From Vitrella brassicaformis CCMP3155 (taxonomy: Eukaryota > Protista > Chromerida), in contig CDMY01000466.1 in the NCBI GenBank assembly GCA_001179505.1, positions 62,001 to 126,000 of the forward strand: a DNA stretch of 64,000 nt, given 5' to 3'. Below the pieces are notes generated by a model. That model was given only the letters and a program-made list of their open reading frames with translations, did not search any database and was not told where the DNA came from. Shown piece by piece: positions 60,323-64,000 of the stretch. Position 1 is the first letter of the stretch; each line of letters starts with the position of its first letter. The translations under genes were made by a program, and so were the position numbers.

Positions 60323-61478
60323 ATGCAGGCCGCCGGCGGACAGCCAGCTAGGCGTCTACACCGCAAGCTCAGGCTTGGCGATAGTCCATCTGCCCGCAGG
60401 CCTGACAACGCAAACAATCGCATGGGTGTGGAGGGCGGGGAGGCCGCTGCTGCGCCGAAACGTAAGGCTGAGGCAGAGGTTGTGAGGATGGAGGTGGCCG
60501 TTGACAAAATTCACATGCATCACACCGACGGTGAGGGCGAATCGGTGGAAAAATCCATCTGTGGGGCATGGGCGACGATGGATGTGTGTGTGCAGCCGAC
60601 GGCGGTGGCGAGGTTGGAGGCGACAACTTCGACACATCCATCGCCGCGCGTCTCAAGAGGCGCAGAGCCATCTCCGACCACGTCGCCAAGAGTGCCGCCA
60701 AGGAGAAGGCCAAGCAGGAGCCCACGCCAGGTGACCACACAGAATGGTGCAGTGACATCTTCGGGATACATGTTTGCTCTCTTTGGTTTGATTGATGTGT
60801 TAGAGTTGCCGCAGCGGACTGAGGCGGACCGTCGACCCGCCGGCAATCCACAGTACGCCAGTAATCCCACGTGGGATGCCGCTGCGGGCCCCAGCGAGGG
60901 TAAGACGACGATCAAAGTGGCCCACTACCAGTCCGAGGTCCCAAACTGCACGTACCACGTGGGCCGGCACTCCTGGGTGGCGCGGCCGCCCGTAATCAAC
61001 GGCAAACGACCAGCGGGGAGCAAGGCGTTCAGCATCGACAAACTCGGGGAGCAGGCGGCCAGGGTTCGCGTGAGGGAGGGGAGAGAAAGGAGGGTGCGCA
61101 GATGTGTGCATCTGGTTCAGGATGGGGCGGAGGACTACACACGGCAGCTCGAGCTCAAGCACCGCCAGACAGCACCACAGAATGGCGGCAGGCCTGGCAT
61201 GCGGCGGGCAACACAGGATGGTGGCCCCGTGTGTCACACGCCTGGGGTGACGTGGGAGCGCAACAAGAAGATTTGGCGCGTCACATGGCAACAGAACGGC
61301 TCTCAACGGGAGGTGACCGTCAACCCCCGCCACCACGGCAACAGCGTCGAGCAGGCGATGAACCACGCGATCTCAACACGGGCGGAGAAGGTGAGCTGAC
61401 GCAGGGAGATTTGTGGTGTGAGGGCGATGGACATGTGTGTGTGCATATCAGGAGAGGACGTATGAATTCCACGAGTAA
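60323..61478 (+). CDS. ApiAP2-type transcription factor with two AP2 domains (about 299 aa, 5 exons)
   Basis: Exons 60323-60530, 60596-60730, 60804-61063, 61121-61390 and 61452-61478 are phase-consistent. AP2-1: SEVPNCTYHVGRHSWVAR...SKAFSIDKLGEQAARDGAEDY. AP2-2: HTPGVTWERNKKIWRVTWQQNGSQREVTVNPRHHGNSVEQAMNHAISTR. Confidence 0.82.
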
Positions 61479-61593
61479 CCGGTACATAACCGGTCCAAGT
61501 GATCCCACAACCCAACAACGGAGACACACTCGGTCGACCACCAAACACACACAGACCAGACCCCAGTCCGTCCCGCACAGAGACAGACCAGTG

Positions 61594-63751
61594 CTATCGA
61601 AGGCCGTGTTGTATGTCCGCCTGCCTGCATCCATGGACTTTCGTCTTGCTTGTGTGAATGGACGGTTCAATCAACTGGTATATCGAATGGGCTGGGTCTG
61701 TATCGGTCAACGAATGCATCAATCAAGGGCAGACAGACATGTATGTGTCTTGTGTTGCATTGCTTTGCTGCACACATTCAAACCAACGCAACAAAGCGCG
61801 ACAAGTCGATTTCTGCGGCACATGTTCAGCTCCAGTATATGGGTTCCCTCACCTTGGCGACGAAATCGGTCGACAGCGCAGCGGTGAAGATGGGGCCTGT
61901 TGCGAAGATCACTGTCCAGTAGACCCATGGCGATGACTGCACCCTCCCATCAACGCTGCACAAAGACGAATCGACAAAGACAAACAGAAAGTGAGCCACA
62001 GGGATGACAACACCAAGAGGCTCACGCACTCGGCAGCGTCCATGCTTCTCCGAACACCTTTCAGGACGACATCGTGAAGCGTATATGCCACGAGCGAATG
62101 CGTCCCCCATCTCGTCATGCGGGAAGGCCAACGGGGCACGAACACACAGATCGACACAGCCAGCACACTCGCCAGCTGACGAATGACAGACAGAGATACG
62201 AACCGTCCATCATGCTTTCACGCGCGGGCTTACAATAAACTGCGCGACGGCTTTTCTGCCCCAGACGAGGTAGTATTCCAGTTTTGCTCCAGAGGAGAAG
62301 TGTTCGCGCAGTGGGTCATCGAGCGGCGGGCTGCAGCACTGCTGGTAGGAGGCTGATTGCATATACGGGTGGAGCTCCTGCTTAAAGAAATGCCGAAATG
62401 CGGGCGATAGCAGCGTTAGGCAAATGTAGACCTTCAGAAACACCACCCCGCCTAGCTGCAGCCATCCCTGCACACGGAATTCACCGGGAAGGATGCACAC
62501 GAGCACATTCCCATCCACCGGTTAGAATACGTACCATTCGGGTGTGTTGCTCGACGGCCCTGTGCAGTGTCCGTGGGGGCGTGATGAGGCCCATGGCGAA
62601 GTAGGGGAGGAAGTGCAGCCCCATGCTCAACCACCATATCACCGGCGAGGGTTTGACATTCCAGGCATAGGGGAAGAACAAAGAGATGCTCAGACACGTC
62701 GATATCACATACCTGCAAAAAAGAGGAGAGAGGAAACACAACAGCTTGCTTACCTTCCCGACACCAATGGCTCATTCAGGCATGCGGACGTACGTACGTT
62801 CGTTTGAAGAGCAGCAGTGCTGGTGCGAGCAGCCTCCACATGACGAGAGAGCCGAGGTACCACAGGTGATGTGATGGACGCTCAGCACCCGCATAGCTGA
62901 CATACACCATGTAAAGGATGAGAGGGAGAGGAGGCATCAGATGCGTGTTTTGTGTGTGTCTCACCATTGTGCAAACGTGACAAGGTCCTTGGCTCTCACA
63001 GAAAAGGGAAGACAATGCGCCAACACCTACAGCACATGAAGTTCATTCCACGTCAGCGGTCACAACAAACCATTTCACCTACTGTGAGCTCGGTGACGAG
63101 CCAGAAGGGGACGATAAGAGAGCTGACCACACGAAACAGCCGCTGGGGGGCGAGGGCGCCCTTTGAGCAATAGCCGCTGGTAAAAGCATACATAGCGATG
63201 CACGGGGGGTTCAGCACCATCTCACGGAAGCCTGGCACCCAACTGACACGTACAGGCAGAAATGGGCGTGGGTACGGTGTGCCGGGTGCGGAGATGAATG
63301 AATGTCCATTCACCTCCATTCGTTCTCAAACGGGAAAGCGTAGAATGGCGACACGTAGTGAGAGGAAACCACCAGACACTGCAAGAGGACACCATCGCCT
63401 AGATGAATGCGCTTGCATCTCTCTACTGACCTGTGCGATGTATTTGAGGTTGTCGAGGTACGGCAGCCGCTTCCTCTCTGCCCCGTCATCACCTGATAGG
63501 GTCTCTGTGTCACTGGCTCCAAGCAGCGACCTGAATGGTTTCTCGTCTCCACCTCCTTCTGTGGCCGGCCTCTCCTCCTCTGCACGACACGCACACAGAG
63601 ACTAGAGGGCACATCAGACAAGATCTTTCGCGCTGGTCTGGTGTGGTGTCCTACCCAGGAGCTTCCCGGCAATGAATGGGACGGCGAGGACAACGCAGCC
63701 CAGAACGGCGCACACAACGGATGCTGGTGTGACTTGGCCAAGTGCTGCCAT
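61594..63751 (-). CDS. Acyltransferase family 3 (OafA / fucose-4-O-acetylase-like) polytopic membrane O-acyltransferase
   Basis: Spliced motifs RLPYLDNLKYIAQ|CLVVSSH, MYAFTSGYCSK, HLWYLGSLVMWRLLAP, FLPYFAMG and MTRWGTHSLVAYTLH occur in the canonical AT3 order. The last exon (LIEPS...*) is tentative. Confidence 0.82.
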
Positions 63752-64000
63752 GGGGCGGCAGGGAAGGTCAAAAAGCGGCGGGTGTAAACTTCTGAGCGCG
63801 TAAACTTCTGGGGAGGGGAGTAACAACGAAGGGCCGGGAATTGAGCCGATTGAATGGAGGAGACGATGCTACTCATCAATTCACACTTTCTGGCCGAAGG
63901 CACTCTCATATCCACTGACTCATATCAACAACAAGCACCACCATCCTCTTAACCACGGATATTTCGTCAGCGCTGAACTCGTGCGGAGAGGTGCGTGCGT

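Noticed and set aside
61590-61680. Possible F-box-like start (VLYVRLPASMDFRLACVNGRFNQL) on the plus strand
   Set aside because: It overlaps the likely last exon of the minus-strand acyltransferase-3 gene, and the AP2 gene already terminates at 61478. Probably a shadow frame.

Overview
This is intron-rich, GC-rich eukaryotic nuclear DNA. It has short GT-AG introns, many ending in tgtgtgcag, and abundant CA/GACA/GATG microsatellites. AP2-domain genes and bipartite plastid-targeting leaders point to a photosynthetic alveolate, most likely a chromerid such as Vitrella brassicaformis (inference, no database search). Most long ORFs in the track are exon fragments or antisense shadows, so I rebuilt about 21 genes by hand from splice sites and reading frame. 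In order: a BTB protein; a secreted 7x RELRRGGGGRRL repeat precursor; a giant multi-pseudo-NDK protein; a permuted papain-like (PPPDE/LRAT) hydrolase; a U-box E3; a PITH-like protein; a UBL-WLM-PUB (Wss1-type) protease; a CCCH zinc-finger protein; two plastid-targeted orphans; a 5-unit polyubiquitin; a beta-trefoil/ankyrin protein with an in-frame stop; PWP2; two duplicated RING E3 genes; an ankyrin protein; a secreted knottin precursor; a very divergent but apparently intact Spo11/TopoVI-A-like gene; a double-AP2 factor; and an acyltransferase-3. The most unusual items are three. (1) The RxL(R)-repeat secreted polyprotein, which resembles a peptide-signal precursor. (2) The cryptic Spo11-like nuclease, with about 350 extra N-terminal residues, whose start codon is 79 bp from that of the AP2 factor. 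(3) The conotoxin-framework knottin. No rRNA, tRNA, CRISPR array or recognisable transposon was found.
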